A stretch of DNA of 50,280 bases from Bacteroidota bacterium (GTDB lineage: Bacteria > Bacteroidota > Ignavibacteria > UBA10030 > UBA8401). A program made the translations under genes and the position numbers. The stretch spans positions 1 to 50,280 of the forward strand of contig JAVBYA010000055.1 in assembly GCA_030824295.1 (NCBI GenBank), given 5' to 3'. Each line of letters starts with the position of its first letter. Within the stretch, counting starts at the first letter, position 1. Below are positions 16,624 through 28,034 of this stretch, in pieces. The notes beneath the pieces are model-generated. The model was not told the DNA's origin. It saw only the letters and a program-made list of their open reading frames with translations, and did no database searches.

Positions 16624-17090
16624 TTCTTACCTCCCAGAGGCTGGGCCGCCCCTTTCGTCAGCTGGAATTTGTCCTTACCATTCCACAGTTCGATGTAGGA
16701 ACCTTTCTGGTCGAATTTCGGGTCGTCCATCTGCTTCTCGGGCGAGATGGCAAGCGTGGCTGCCACAGATAGAGCACCGTCCGCCTGCGCCAGCACGTAC
16801 ACGTTCTTGAACTTCTTGCCGGTCACATAATAGAAGCCCGCTTTATCGCGGATGAGACGCAGTTCTTTGGTCCCTTTCGCGGCGGCGGAATCGACGCCGA
16901 ACTCCTGCGACAGGAGCGCGGTGACGGTGAAGGCGACGCTGTAGCGTTTCGCGTCGACCATTCCTTTGCCGTTGACATCGACGATCTCTTCCGCTGCCCA
17001 CGAGAAATCGGCGGGCTGCAGCTGCAGGGATGAGCATCCGACGATCGTGAGCGATGCGGTGATCATGATGATGAACAGAGTCTTCTTCAT
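16620..17090 (-). CDS. Hypothetical lipoprotein (156 aa)
   Basis: Lipobox LTIVGC after MKKTLFIIMITAS. GGAGAGG lies upstream of the ATG. I recognise no family. Confidence 0.7.
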   Translation of the reverse strand: MKKTLFIIMITASLTIVGCSSLQLQPADFSWAAEEIVDVNGKGMVDAKRYSVAFTVTALLSQEFGVDSAAAKGTKELRLIRDKAGFYYVTGKKFKNVYVLAQADGALSVAATLAISPEKQMDDPKFDQKGSYIELWNGKDKFQLTKGAAQPLGGKK

Positions 17091-17117
17091 GGTGCCTCTC
17101 CTTCTATGATGGAATGA

Positions 17118-19892
17118 TTATTTCTTCTTCTTCTTTGTTTGCGGTTTCGATTTGGACTGCGGTTTCGCTTTCGGTTTCGGCGCGCTCTTTGCCGGAGCGC
17201 TCTTCTTTACCGGCGGTTTCTTCGCCGCTGCCGGTTTAGCCTTTGCTTTCGGCGGAGCCGGCGCTTGTTCCTGCTGCTTCGCTTTGACGGTCCCTTTCCC
17301 CTTTACCGGTGCTGCCGGTGCGGGGGCCGATTCATTCTTCGTCTTCTTCAGGGCTTTTTTTTTACCGCCGAAGAGGTCCTCAGCGATGGTGTCGTCCGTT
17401 TCCTGCGGCGCCGGTATTGCTGCGGCGCGCGCTTTATCGGCCGCTGCCAACTGTTTCTCTTCCTCGTCCTCCGAGGTGACGATGGCGACCGCCGTGACAT
17501 TATCGTTCGCGCCGAGACGGATGAGCCGGACCCCGGAGGTGTTGCGGCCGGAGACGCGGATATCCTCCGCGCGCTGGCGGATGATCATGCCGCTGCTGGA
17601 GACAACGACGATGTCGTCCGTATCCTGCACTTCTTTGATGGCGATCATCTTGCCGGTCTTGTCGTTCGCTTTCAGCGTGGCGATACCTTTGCCGCCGCGG
17701 TGGCTCACACGGTAATCGCCCAGATCGGAGCGCTTGCCGAAACCGTTCTGCGTGGCAACAAGGATGGTGGTCTTGGTCCGTTTCAGCGAAACGGCGCCGA
17801 TGACCTTGTCCCCCTTCTCCAGTTTGATGGCGCGGACGCCCGAAGCGCTGCGGCCCATGGCGCGGACCTCGCTCTCCGGGAATCGGATAGCGATACCCTC
17901 GTGCGTGCCGATGACCAGTTCGTGCGTACCGTCGGTCAGCTTCACGTCGCGCAGCAGGTCCTTGCCGTCCAGACTGATGGCGCCGATACCGTTCTTGCGC
18001 GGATTGCTGAACTCCATCAATGATGTTTTCTTCATCTGTCCTTCTTCCGTGACCATGAAGACGAACTGATTCTCTGTGAACTCTTTGACGCTCAGGAAGG
18101 CGGTAATGTTCTCTTCCGCTTCCTTCGAGATCAGATTGGTGATCGCTTTCCCCTTGGAAGCGCGGCCGCCTTCGGGGACCTCGAACACCTTCAGCCAGTA
18201 GCATTTACCCTTATCCGTGAAGAAGAGGATATAATTGTGGGTGCTGGCGATGAACATATGCTCGACAAAATCGTCCTCGCGGGACGCTGCGCCGGTCACC
18301 CCTTTGCCTCCGCGGGATTGTCTGCGGTATCCGCTCACCGGGAAGCGCTTGATGTAGCCGCCGTGCGAGATGGTGATGACCACTTCCTCTTCCGCGATCA
18401 TATCCTCGATCTTGAACTCGGTCTGCTTCATGACGATCTCGGTGCGGCGCGGATCGCCGAACTTCTCGCGGATGGCGATCAGTTCCTCTTTGATGATCTG
18501 CAGCTGCAGCTGCTTGCTGCCCAGGATCGCTTTCAGGCGGTTGATCAGTTTGATCAGGTCGCGGTACTCGTCCTCGATCTTCTTGCGTTCCAGTCCGGTG
18601 AGGCGCTGCAGGCGCATGTCCAGAATGGCCTGCGCCTGGATCTCGGAGAGCTTGAACTTCTTCATCAGTCCGAGCTTAGCGGTCTCGGTATCCTTCGACG
18701 CTTTGATGAGCTTGATGATGGCGTCGATGTTGTCCAGCGCGATGATGTACCCTTCCAGGATGTGCGCGCGTTTCTCGGCGGCATCCAGGTCGAACTTGGT
18801 GCGGCGGACCACCACTTCGTTGCGGTGCTCGATGAAGTGGTGGAGCATATCCTTCAGCTGCAGCACCTGCGGACGTCCGTCCACGAGCGCCAGCATGATG
18901 ATGCCGAAGGTGGTCTGCATCTGCGTGTGCTTGTAGAGGTTGTTCAGCACCACGCTTGCGTTCGCATCGCGTTTCAGGTCGACCACGATGCGCATACCGT
19001 CGCGGTCCGACTCGTCGTTGATGCCGGAGATGTCCTCGATCTTCTTGTCGCGCACCAGTTCGGCGATCTTCTCGATGAGCGATGCCTTGTTCACCTGGTA
19101 CGGGATCTCGGAGATGATGATGCTCTGCCGGTCGTTCTTCGCTGTTTCGATGCTTGCCTTCGCGCGGAGGGTGATCTTGCCGCGGCCGGTCTTGTACGCT
19201 TCTTTGACGCCGTCGTATCCGTAGATGATGCCGCCGGTCGGGAAGTCCGGTGCTTTGATGTACTTCATCAGTTTGTCGTTATCGATACCGCGGTCCGCGA
19301 TCATCGCCACCACACCGTCGATCACTTCCGTCAGGTTGTGCGGCGGGATGTTCGTCGTCATACCGACAGCGATACCGCTTGCACCATTCACCAGAAGATT
19401 GGGGATACTCGCCGGGAGCACCTTCGGCTCCTGCAGCGTATCATCGAAGTTCGGAGAGAAGTCCACGGTGTTCTTCTCGATGTCGCGCAGCATCTCTTCC
19501 GCCACGCGCGTCATGCGGACCTCGGTATAACGCATCGCTGCTGCCGAGTCCCCGTCCACTGAACCGAAGTTCCCTTGTCCGTCCACGAGCATATAGCGGA
19601 GGGAGAAATCCTGCGCCATGCGGACGATGGCATCGTACACGGAGGAGTCGCCGTGCGGATGGTACTTACCGAGCACCTCGCCGACCACGCGCGCGCTCTT
19701 CTTGTACGCCTTGTTCGGTGTGTTGCCGAGTTCGTTCATGCCGAACAGTACGCGGCGGTGGACCGGCTTCAGGCCGTCCCGGACATCCGGGAGTGCGCGG
19801 GCGACGATGACCGACATCGAGTAATCGATGTACGAGCCCTTCATCTCTTCTTCAATATCGACGGGGAGTATGCGTTCGTTGGATGTGGCCAT
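17118..19892 (-). CDS. gyrA: DNA gyrase subunit A with a long acidic-then-polybasic C-terminal extension
   Basis: The canonical GyrA N-terminus is present ([37 protein letters not shown], active-site AAMRYTE), as are the beta-pinwheel CTD repeats. The 924-aa product ends in a Lys/Ala/Pro-rich tail. Confidence 0.97.
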   Translation of the reverse strand: MATSNERILPVDIEEEMKGSYIDYSMSVIVARALPDVRDGLKPVHRRVLFGMNELGNTPNKAYKKSARVVGEVLGKYHPHGDSSVYDAIVRMAQDFSLRYMLVDGQGNFGSVDGDSAAAMRYTEVRMTRVAEEMLRDIEKNTVDFSPNFDDTLQEPKVLPASIPNLLVNGASGIAVGMTTNIPPHNLTEVIDGVVAMIADRGIDNDKLMKYIKAPDFPTGGIIYGYDGVKEAYKTGRGKITLRAKASIETAKNDRQSIIISEIPYQVNKASLIEKIAELVRDKKIEDISGINDESDRDGMRIVVDLKRDANASVVLNNLYKHTQMQTTFGIIMLALVDGRPQVLQLKDMLHHFIEHRNEVVVRRTKFDLDAAEKRAHILEGYIIALDNIDAIIKLIKASKDTETAKLGLMKKFKLSEIQAQAILDMRLQRLTGLERKKIEDEYRDLIKLINRLKAILGSKQLQLQIIKEELIAIREKFGDPRRTEIVMKQTEFKIEDMIAEEEVVITISHGGYIKRFPVSGYRRQSRGGKGVTGAASREDDFVEHMFIASTHNYILFFTDKGKCYWLKVFEVPEGGRASKGKAITNLISKEAEENITAFLSVKEFTENQFVFMVTEEGQMKKTSLMEFSNPRKNGIGAISLDGKDLLRDVKLTDGTHELVIGTHEGIAIRFPESEVRAMGRSASGVRAIKLEKGDKVIGAVSLKRTKTTILVATQNGFGKRSDLGDYRVSHRGGKGIATLKANDKTGKMIAIKEVQDTDDIVVVSSSGMIIRQRAEDIRVSGRNTSGVRLIRLGANDNVTAVAIVTSEDEEEKQLAAADKARAAAIPAPQETDDTIAEDLFGGKKKALKKTKNESAPAPAAPVKGKGTVKAKQQEQAPAPPKAKAKPAAAKKPPVKKSAPAKSAPKPKAKPQSKSKPQTKKKKK

Positions 19893-19932
19893 TATCTCTT
19901 CTTTGATTGGTTTTTAAATTCTCGGAAATATC

Positions 19933-20949
19933 CTATTGTTTGTCCTGCTTCCAGATGAATGCTCCGGAGCGGTCGATATACCCTTGTTCGTGTTCTGTTT
20001 CCGCGGCAGCGATGCCGCGCCGGAACGGATGGACGCTGATGAATGTCGGTGCGATCGTCACGGCGCCGGTCCGGTCGATAAAACCATATTTTCCATTCTC
20101 ACGGAACGATGCAAACCCTTCGGAGAAGGACTGCACTTCTTCATAGCCGACCGGAATGATCGTTGCTCCTGCCTGATCGATGAAGCTCCACTTCCCGTCT
20201 CTCTTTACCAGCGCCGCTCCTTCACTGAAGTCGCGTGCTTCTTGAAATTCCATGGGAAGAACGTTCTTTCCGGTGCGGTCGATGTATCCCCACGATCCCG
20301 ACCTCTTCACTCTGGCCAATCCCTGCGAGAAACTGCTGGCGCGTTCGTAGCGAAGATCGATCACCATGGTGCCGGTGGTATCGATGAAACCGCACACTCC
20401 GTTCCGCATCACCATCGCCATGCCTTCGGAGAAATCACCGACGAGGTCGAATTGGTAGCTGACCACAAGCCGTCCGGCGGTGTTGATGAATCCGTAATAA
20501 TTCGGTGCTTCTCCGGGGAACAGGATCGGCCGTTTCACCACCCACGCCATTCCATTGTGAAAATCCCCTGCATCGGAGAATTCCGGTGCGATCACATCCT
20601 TTCCCGTTGCATCGATGAATCCCCAATATCTCCAGAGCGCCCAACTGACATCGAGGACCTTCGCCAATCCTTCGGAAAAATCCCCTGCCGAATTGTAGTG
20701 TGTTTCAAACGCTGTCGACCCGTCAGGATTCAGGAAGGATGTTTCGTTATCCATCAGCCACCGCGTTCCGGTCTGTTTCACTTTGCCTTCGCTGAAGTGC
20801 GACCGCGTGTGATACTCGGGGGCGATCACCACCGTTCCCGCGGAGTCGATATACCCGAACTTCCCCCCCTCTTCGATCAGGAACCGGGACTGTGCGCCGA
20901 CCCACAGTACGGCGGTGCTTACAAGAAGAAGGATCCTTTTCGCGATCAT
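19933..20949 (-). CDS. WG-repeat (KWG) protein, secreted
   Basis: A signal peptide is followed by about 8 repeats of the form (W/Y/F)G(F/Y)ID..G..VI.P.(Y/F). Confidence 0.8.
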   Translation of the reverse strand: MIAKRILLLVSTAVLWVGAQSRFLIEEGGKFGYIDSAGTVVIAPEYHTRSHFSEGKVKQTGTRWLMDNETSFLNPDGSTAFETHYNSAGDFSEGLAKVLDVSWALWRYWGFIDATGKDVIAPEFSDAGDFHNGMAWVVKRPILFPGEAPNYYGFINTAGRLVVSYQFDLVGDFSEGMAMVMRNGVCGFIDTTGTMVIDLRYERASSFSQGLARVKRSGSWGYIDRTGKNVLPMEFQEARDFSEGAALVKRDGKWSFIDQAGATIIPVGYEEVQSFSEGFASFRENGKYGFIDRTGAVTIAPTFISVHPFRRGIAAAETEHEQGYIDRSGAFIWKQDKQ

Positions 20950-20985
20950 CGCTTTCCAGTATCCATTGTTTTTTTCTCTCGCGGA

Positions 20986-23091
<2,106 letters not shown>

Positions 23092-23099
23092 TCATTCCG

Positions 23100-23393
23100 T
23101 CACCGGAATTTGATATCGATGATACTCTTTGAATCCGTCTGCCGGTGGATCTTCTCCAGGATCTCTTTTTTGCGGAACGTCAGTTCCGACCTCCACGGCG
23201 CATTGTTCACTGCCACGATGAGCACACCGTTCTGGATGCGTTCCGGCTGTGCGACCTTCGCCACCTGCTGACCCACGACCTCGTTCCACACGTCGAAGAT
23301 CTTGTACTGCTCCACCTGCGACTCGATGCCGAGGGACTGCACGAGCTGCTTCAGTGCGTCGCCGATGGATTGCATGTTCTCTTTGCGGATCAT
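23100..23393 (-). CDS. DUF721 domain protein (short DciA-like), in the conserved recF-gyrB slot
   Basis: The 97-aa product MIRKENMQSIGDALKQLVQSLG...VWNEVVG...NGVLIVAVNNAPWRSELTFRKKEILEKI... is a typical DUF721. The 71-codon N-terminal extension in the track overlaps recF and is rejected. Confidence 0.8.
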   Translation of the reverse strand: MIRKENMQSIGDALKQLVQSLGIESQVEQYKIFDVWNEVVGQQVAKVAQPERIQNGVLIVAVNNAPWRSELTFRKKEILEKIHRQTDSKSIIDIKFR

Positions 23394-23424
23394 TGACCGT
23401 CCGTTCCGTGCGTTGCCGTGCGGC

Positions 23425-24558
23425 TCACGCCGCCTGCAGTGTGCCGGCGAGCGCGCCGTTGCGGATGAAGAACTTCCGCCGTTCGTTGTTCCACTCTGCG
23501 CCGCCGAACACCTTCTCGCTGGTGGTGGTGATGAAGATCTGTCCGAGCGATTCCGCCACGGTGAGCAGTTTGCGGCTGCGGTGCTCATCCAGCTCGCTGA
23601 AGACATCGTCCAGCAGGAACACCGGCGTCTCGCTGCAGCGTTCCTTCAGATAGAAGAACTCTGCCACTTTCAGCGCCACCAGGAAGGTCTTGTGCTGTCC
23701 CTGCGACGCATAATGTTTCAGGGACATGCCGTTCAGCGTGAAGACCATCTCGTCCCGGTGCGGTCCGACGAGCGTGGTGCGGAAGCGGAGCTCGTCGTTC
23801 TTCTTCTTCTGCAACTTCGTCATCATCGCTTCCGCGATCCCTTCCACCGTTGAGTCATCCGTAACGGTGACGGAGGGTGCATATTCGATCTTCGGCGTTT
23901 CCCGTTCATCCACGATATCCAGATACGTGCGGGCGATGAAAGGAGCGAACTCGTTCAGGAACCGGCTGCGCCGGTGGATGATGCGAGCGCCGATGTTCAC
24001 CAGCATCTCGTTCCACGGTGCGATCGCCGTGCTGCAATCCCTGCCGTTCGCTTCCGTCAGCACCGCGTTGCGCTGGCGGACGATACGGCGGTATTCGAGC
24101 GAATCCTCCACGTATGCTTTGCTGCTCTGGGAGATCACCAGGTCGGCGAACTTCCGCCGGTCCGCCGGGGAGCCGAAGGTGATCGCGTTGTTCTCCGGGG
24201 AGAGGACCACCACCGGGAACATCCCGATGACGGAGGAGAACTTCTCCGCTTCGGCACCGTTGATGGTGAACTTCTTCTCTTTCTTGATGTCGTCGTAGGC
24301 CACCCGCACCTGGAACTCCTTCCCTTCGTCCGACACCAGTGTGCTTTTGATCTCGAAGAACGCCTGCTGCTGCTGCATGACCGTCGCATCCGAACTGGCG
24401 TAGAAACTCTTTGTGAGGCAGAGGAACGACAGTGCTTCGAGTGCGTTCGTCTTGCCCTGGCCGTTCTCCCCCAGCAGCACGTTGACGCGTGCACCGAAAT
24501 CGAACGCCGTTTCGCGGTGATTGCGGAAACTGCGCAGGTGGGCGTTGGTGATCCTCAT
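23425..24558 (-). CDS. recF: DNA replication and repair protein RecF
   Basis: The N-terminus LRSFRNH...VLLGENGQGKTNALEAL (Walker A), the C-terminal LLDDVFSELD (Walker B) and the synteny all fit RecF. Confidence 0.95.
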   Translation of the reverse strand: MRITNAHLRSFRNHRETAFDFGARVNVLLGENGQGKTNALEALSFLCLTKSFYASSDATVMQQQQAFFEIKSTLVSDEGKEFQVRVAYDDIKKEKKFTINGAEAEKFSSVIGMFPVVVLSPENNAITFGSPADRRKFADLVISQSSKAYVEDSLEYRRIVRQRNAVLTEANGRDCSTAIAPWNEMLVNIGARIIHRRSRFLNEFAPFIARTYLDIVDERETPKIEYAPSVTVTDDSTVEGIAEAMMTKLQKKKNDELRFRTTLVGPHRDEMVFTLNGMSLKHYASQGQHKTFLVALKVAEFFYLKERCSETPVFLLDDVFSELDEHRSRKLLTVAESLGQIFITTTSEKVFGGAEWNNERRKFFIRNGALAGTLQAA

Positions 24559-24568
24559 CAGGCGATGA

Positions 24569-25687
24569 TCAGTTGTTCAGCCGCACCGGCATGATGAGCA
24601 TCAGCACTTCTTCCCCTTCTTTCTTGGAGACCGGGGAAACGATGGCTGCGCGGTTCGGCGAACTGAGTTTGAACTCCACCTCTTCGGAATCGATATGCGA
24701 CAGCACGTCGATCACATAGGCGGAATTGAAGCCGATCTCCATCTCTTCATCGTTGTAGTCGCAGGAGATCTTCTCTTTCGCTTCGCTGCCGAAATCCTGG
24801 TCCTCGGCCGTTACGCGGAGTTCATCCTTGCCGACGGAGAGGCGGATCTGGTGTGTTGTGGAGTTCGAATAGAGCGAAACGCGGCGGACGGACTGCAGCA
24901 TCTCGTTCTTGCTGACGATCAGCATCCGTTCATTGTCCAACGGGATGACCGTCTCATAATTCGGGTATTTCTCCTCGATCAGGCGGGAGATGAGCGATGT
25001 TCCGTCGAACTTGAACATCACATGCGTTGCGCTGATGGAGACCTTCGTTTCGGAACCGGCCGCGACCTTATCCAGCTGGGAGAGCGCTTTTGCCGGGATG
25101 ATGATATCCTTCGTCAGTTTCGTGTTGCCGAGATTCTTGTTGTTCACCCGCACCAGACGGTGACCGTCCGTTGCCACTGCGCGCACTTCGCTCTTGGAGA
25201 ACTGGAACAGCACGCCCATCATTGCCGGACGGAGTTCATCGGCGCTGACGGCGAACATCGTGGTGCCGATGAGGCGCTGCAGCACCTGCACATCGAACGT
25301 CACCTCTGCTTCCCCTTTGAACTCGGGGATCGCGGGGAATTCCTCGCTCGACTCACCGGTGAGGGTATATTCACCGTTGTCGGTCTTCATTTTGATCTTG
25401 TTGGATTCGGTATCGATGGTGAAGGTGATGTTCGTATCGGAGAGCGCACGTACCGTATCCGAGATCCGTTTCGCCGGGATAGCGATCGTTCCGTTCTGAG
25501 CCCCCTGCACTTCCAGCGATACGGACACAGAGATCTCCAGATCAGTGGCAGTGATCTTGAGTGTGTTCGCGTGGACGTCAAAATGGAGGTTTTCCAGAAT
25601 GGGAAGGGTGGAACGGGTCGGTACGACACTGACGGTCTTTGCCAGCGCTTTCTGCAGTTCTGCGCTCCGTACGGAAAATTTCATCAT
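24569..25687 (-). CDS. dnaN: DNA polymerase III beta sliding clamp
   Basis: The protein is DnaN-like along its full length (MKFSVRSAELQKAL...TLPILENLHF...TATDLEISV...ATDGHRLV) and the gene lies directly downstream of dnaA. Confidence 0.96.
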   Translation of the reverse strand: MMKFSVRSAELQKALAKTVSVVPTRSTLPILENLHFDVHANTLKITATDLEISVSVSLEVQGAQNGTIAIPAKRISDTVRALSDTNITFTIDTESNKIKMKTDNGEYTLTGESSEEFPAIPEFKGEAEVTFDVQVLQRLIGTTMFAVSADELRPAMMGVLFQFSKSEVRAVATDGHRLVRVNNKNLGNTKLTKDIIIPAKALSQLDKVAAGSETKVSISATHVMFKFDGTSLISRLIEEKYPNYETVIPLDNERMLIVSKNEMLQSVRRVSLYSNSTTHQIRLSVGKDELRVTAEDQDFGSEAKEKISCDYNDEEMEIGFNSAYVIDVLSHIDSEEVEFKLSSPNRAAIVSPVSKKEGEEVLMLIMPVRLNN

Positions 25688-25699
25688 CGATCTCCTTAA

Positions 25700-26060
25700 A
25701 AATTATGGGCGGATAAGATAAACCTTCAGTGGGGAAATATACGAAAAATGTGCCTGATTGCCAAAGGGAGAATGCCTGTAAGTGTTTACTCTTTCAGTGA
25801 GTTAGGGGCTTCTTAAATGATATATTCAACTCTATAAAGAATAATAACACTAATAGGGTGGATAAGTGGATAACATGCCGATAAGGAGGATATCATTGGC
25901 AGAACCGGAAAAAACAGTGTCGATGATTTGTTGGTACACCGCCCGATTATCCACACTCATCCACACTCCGTACACATTCCATGTGAGAGCACCGATGTAC
26001 CAACATCTCATTCACACTGTTCCACACACGGTCCACACATTTTTGTGGATAACAATTTAA
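25700..26060. other. oriC module in the dnaA-dnaN spacer: DnaA-box cluster plus an AT-rich stretch
   Basis: Perfect boxes are TTATCCACA at 25947-25955 and TGTGGATAA at 26044-26052. Boxes matching 8 of 9 positions lie at 25857-65, 25865-73 and 25957-65, with weaker ones at 25708-16, 26008-16 and 26018-26. An AT-rich segment spans 25814-25856. Confidence 0.75.
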
Positions 26061-26066
26061 ACGCAA

Positions 26067-26092
26067 AAGGGATCCGGACCCCGGACCCCCTT
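26067..26092 (-). terminator. Hairpin downstream of dnaA
   Basis: An AAGGGATCCGG...CCGGACCCCCTT imperfect stem is followed on the minus strand by TTGCGTTTAAATT. Confidence 0.4.
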
Positions 26093-26119
26093 GCATTGCT
26101 TTCTGTTCCCGTTCAGCGA

Positions 26120-27574
26120 TCAGCGGGAATAGATATCGATCTTCTTCTTGATCTGATCGATGGTCGTGCGGAATTTCGCATCGATCTTGATCTGCTCCTC
26201 CACGGTCTGATACGCATGGATGACCGTGCTGTGGTCCCGTCCCCCGAAATTGAGACCGATAGTCTTCAGCGAACAGTTCGTCAGCTCTTTCGCCAGATAC
26301 ATGGAGACCTGACGGGCTATCACCACCTCCTGCTTCCGTGTTTTGGCACGCAGCAGGTCATTGGGGATATCATAATAGTCCGACACGATACGCTGGATCT
26401 CTTCCACGGTGAGCGGTGAGCGGACCTCGGTGACGACGGAGCTGAGCACTTCCCGCGCCATTTCGATATCGATATCCTTCCCGAGCAGCGAAGCGTTGAA
26501 CAGGAGCTTCGTATAACATCCTTCCAGCTCGCGCACGTTGGATTTGACGTTCGCCGCGATGAAGTCCAGCACCGGTTCCGGGATCGTCACATCGTCCCGC
26601 TGACACTTGTTGCGGAGGATGGCGGAACGGGTCTCCAGATCGGGCGGCTGGATATCCGCGGTCAATCCCCACTGGAAACGGGAAATGAGCCGTTCGTCCA
26701 GTCCCTGCAGCTCTTTTGGGGGCCGGTCGGAGGAGAGGATGATCTGTTTTCCGAGCTGATGGAGCGAATTGAAGGTATGGAAGAAGCTGTCCTGCGTCTT
26801 TTCCTTGCCGGTGAAGAACTGGATATCGTCCACGATCAGGATGTCCATGCTCCGGTAGAAGTTGGAGAAGTCGGTGGTGGCGTCGTTCCGGATGGCATCG
26901 ATGAACTCGTTGGTGAACTTCTCGCTCGATACATACATCACCCGCTTCGCTTTACCGCTTTCCAGCGCATAATTGCCGATCGCCTGCATCAGATGGGTCT
27001 TGCCGAGTCCCGTGCCGCCGTAGAGCACCAGCGGATTGAACGAGGTGCCGCCGGGATTGTTCGCCACCGCCATCGCGGCAGCGCGGGCCAATTGATTGCT
27101 TTCCCCTTTGATGAACGTATTGAAGACATTCCGCTTGTTCAGGAAGGTCTTTTCATACGGAAGAGGCTGAGAGTAGTGGGACAGTTCCGGTTTCACCTGC
27201 GCTGTTTCCTGCATCCGGACCGGAGGCTCGTTCGGCGAGATGACCATCGCGGGAGATGGTTCGTCGGTCGGAACGACCGTATACGTGAGCGTAGCGGCGC
27301 TTCCGAGCACTTTGGAGAGGGCTCCGGAAATCAGGGAGTAATAGTGCTCTTCCAGCCATTCATAAAAGAACTGACTCGGCACGGTAACGGAAACGACATT
27401 GTTCTCGATCTTCACCGGCTTGATCGGTTCGAACCAGGTCTTGAAGCTCTGAGAATTGATCTCCGGCTGGATATGGGAAAGGATCTTCTTCCAGGCGGTT
27501 TCGAGCTCTTCGTTCTGCAGCAAGCCGGTCTTCACGGAATCAGAAGCATCAGAAGCGGTGACAATGGAAATCAT
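26120..27574 (-). CDS. dnaA: Chromosomal replication initiator DnaA
   Basis: AAA+ motifs (LVLYGGTGLGKTHL, ILIVDDIQF) and the C-terminal DNA-binding domain (IARQVSMYLAKELT..SLKTIG..FGGRDHSTVIHA) are present. Confidence 0.97.
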   Translation of the reverse strand: MISIVTASDASDSVKTGLLQNEELETAWKKILSHIQPEINSQSFKTWFEPIKPVKIENNVVSVTVPSQFFYEWLEEHYYSLISGALSKVLGSAATLTYTVVPTDEPSPAMVISPNEPPVRMQETAQVKPELSHYSQPLPYEKTFLNKRNVFNTFIKGESNQLARAAAMAVANNPGGTSFNPLVLYGGTGLGKTHLMQAIGNYALESGKAKRVMYVSSEKFTNEFIDAIRNDATTDFSNFYRSMDILIVDDIQFFTGKEKTQDSFFHTFNSLHQLGKQIILSSDRPPKELQGLDERLISRFQWGLTADIQPPDLETRSAILRNKCQRDDVTIPEPVLDFIAANVKSNVRELEGCYTKLLFNASLLGKDIDIEMAREVLSSVVTEVRSPLTVEEIQRIVSDYYDIPNDLLRAKTRKQEVVIARQVSMYLAKELTNCSLKTIGLNFGGRDHSTVIHAYQTVEEQIKIDAKFRTTIDQIKKKIDIYSR

Positions 27575-27579
27575 AACTC

Positions 27580-27960
27580 CTCAAACGTTATCAACACCAA
27601 AACTGGTGTTATGCACAATCTTATTCACACAGCAAAAAATCAAAATTAACAAACTTACAGGAATGCGAGAATTATACACATCAAAACATTCCCGCTAAAC
27701 CATTATAAATCAACATCGGCGGGACAGACCACCCAACTTATCAACACGCACTGTGAATATCTTATCCGGCTTATTCTTGGTGCTTCCACAGGAGGTTCCA
27801 TTGCAAAAAAGTTATCCACATTTCATCCACACCCCCGCTCGGGCTTTCCCCACACTCATTATATCGTACTTCATGGAGGGAAGTCAAGAAAAATGTTCGT
27901 TCTAAAAAAAGATTTTTCATACATCCCTGTAAACAGGCTAAAAATATGCGGATAGAGGGG
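27580..27960. other. oriC module upstream of dnaA: co-oriented DnaA boxes plus an AT-rich stretch
   Basis: A perfect TTATCCACA lies at 27812-27820. Boxes matching 8 of 9 positions are at 27588-96, 27609-17, 27621-29, 27672-80, 27738-46 and 27823-31, all in the same orientation. An AT-rich run spans 27880-27950. The region sits between divergent dnaA and rpmH. Confidence 0.75.
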
Positions 27961-28034
27961 AAGCGGTGAAAATTATCTTGTTTGTCCGGCGATGTTTTCG
28001 TATTTTGTTTTGCTTTTATTCACCTGGAGAAACA

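Noticed and set aside
17118-17370. The possibility that the Lys-rich GyrA tail is a separate small gene or a frameshift artefact.
   Set aside because: The reading frame is continuous with gyrA, with no internal start/SD context or stop. An assembly error cannot be excluded from the sequence alone, so it is reported as a finding with that caveat.
25866-26419. Plus-strand ORFs of 64 aa and 163 aa in the dnaA-dnaN spacer.
   Set aside because: They run through the DnaA-box cluster, which gives repeated HT/IHT strings from TCCACA, and then into the antisense strand of dnaA.
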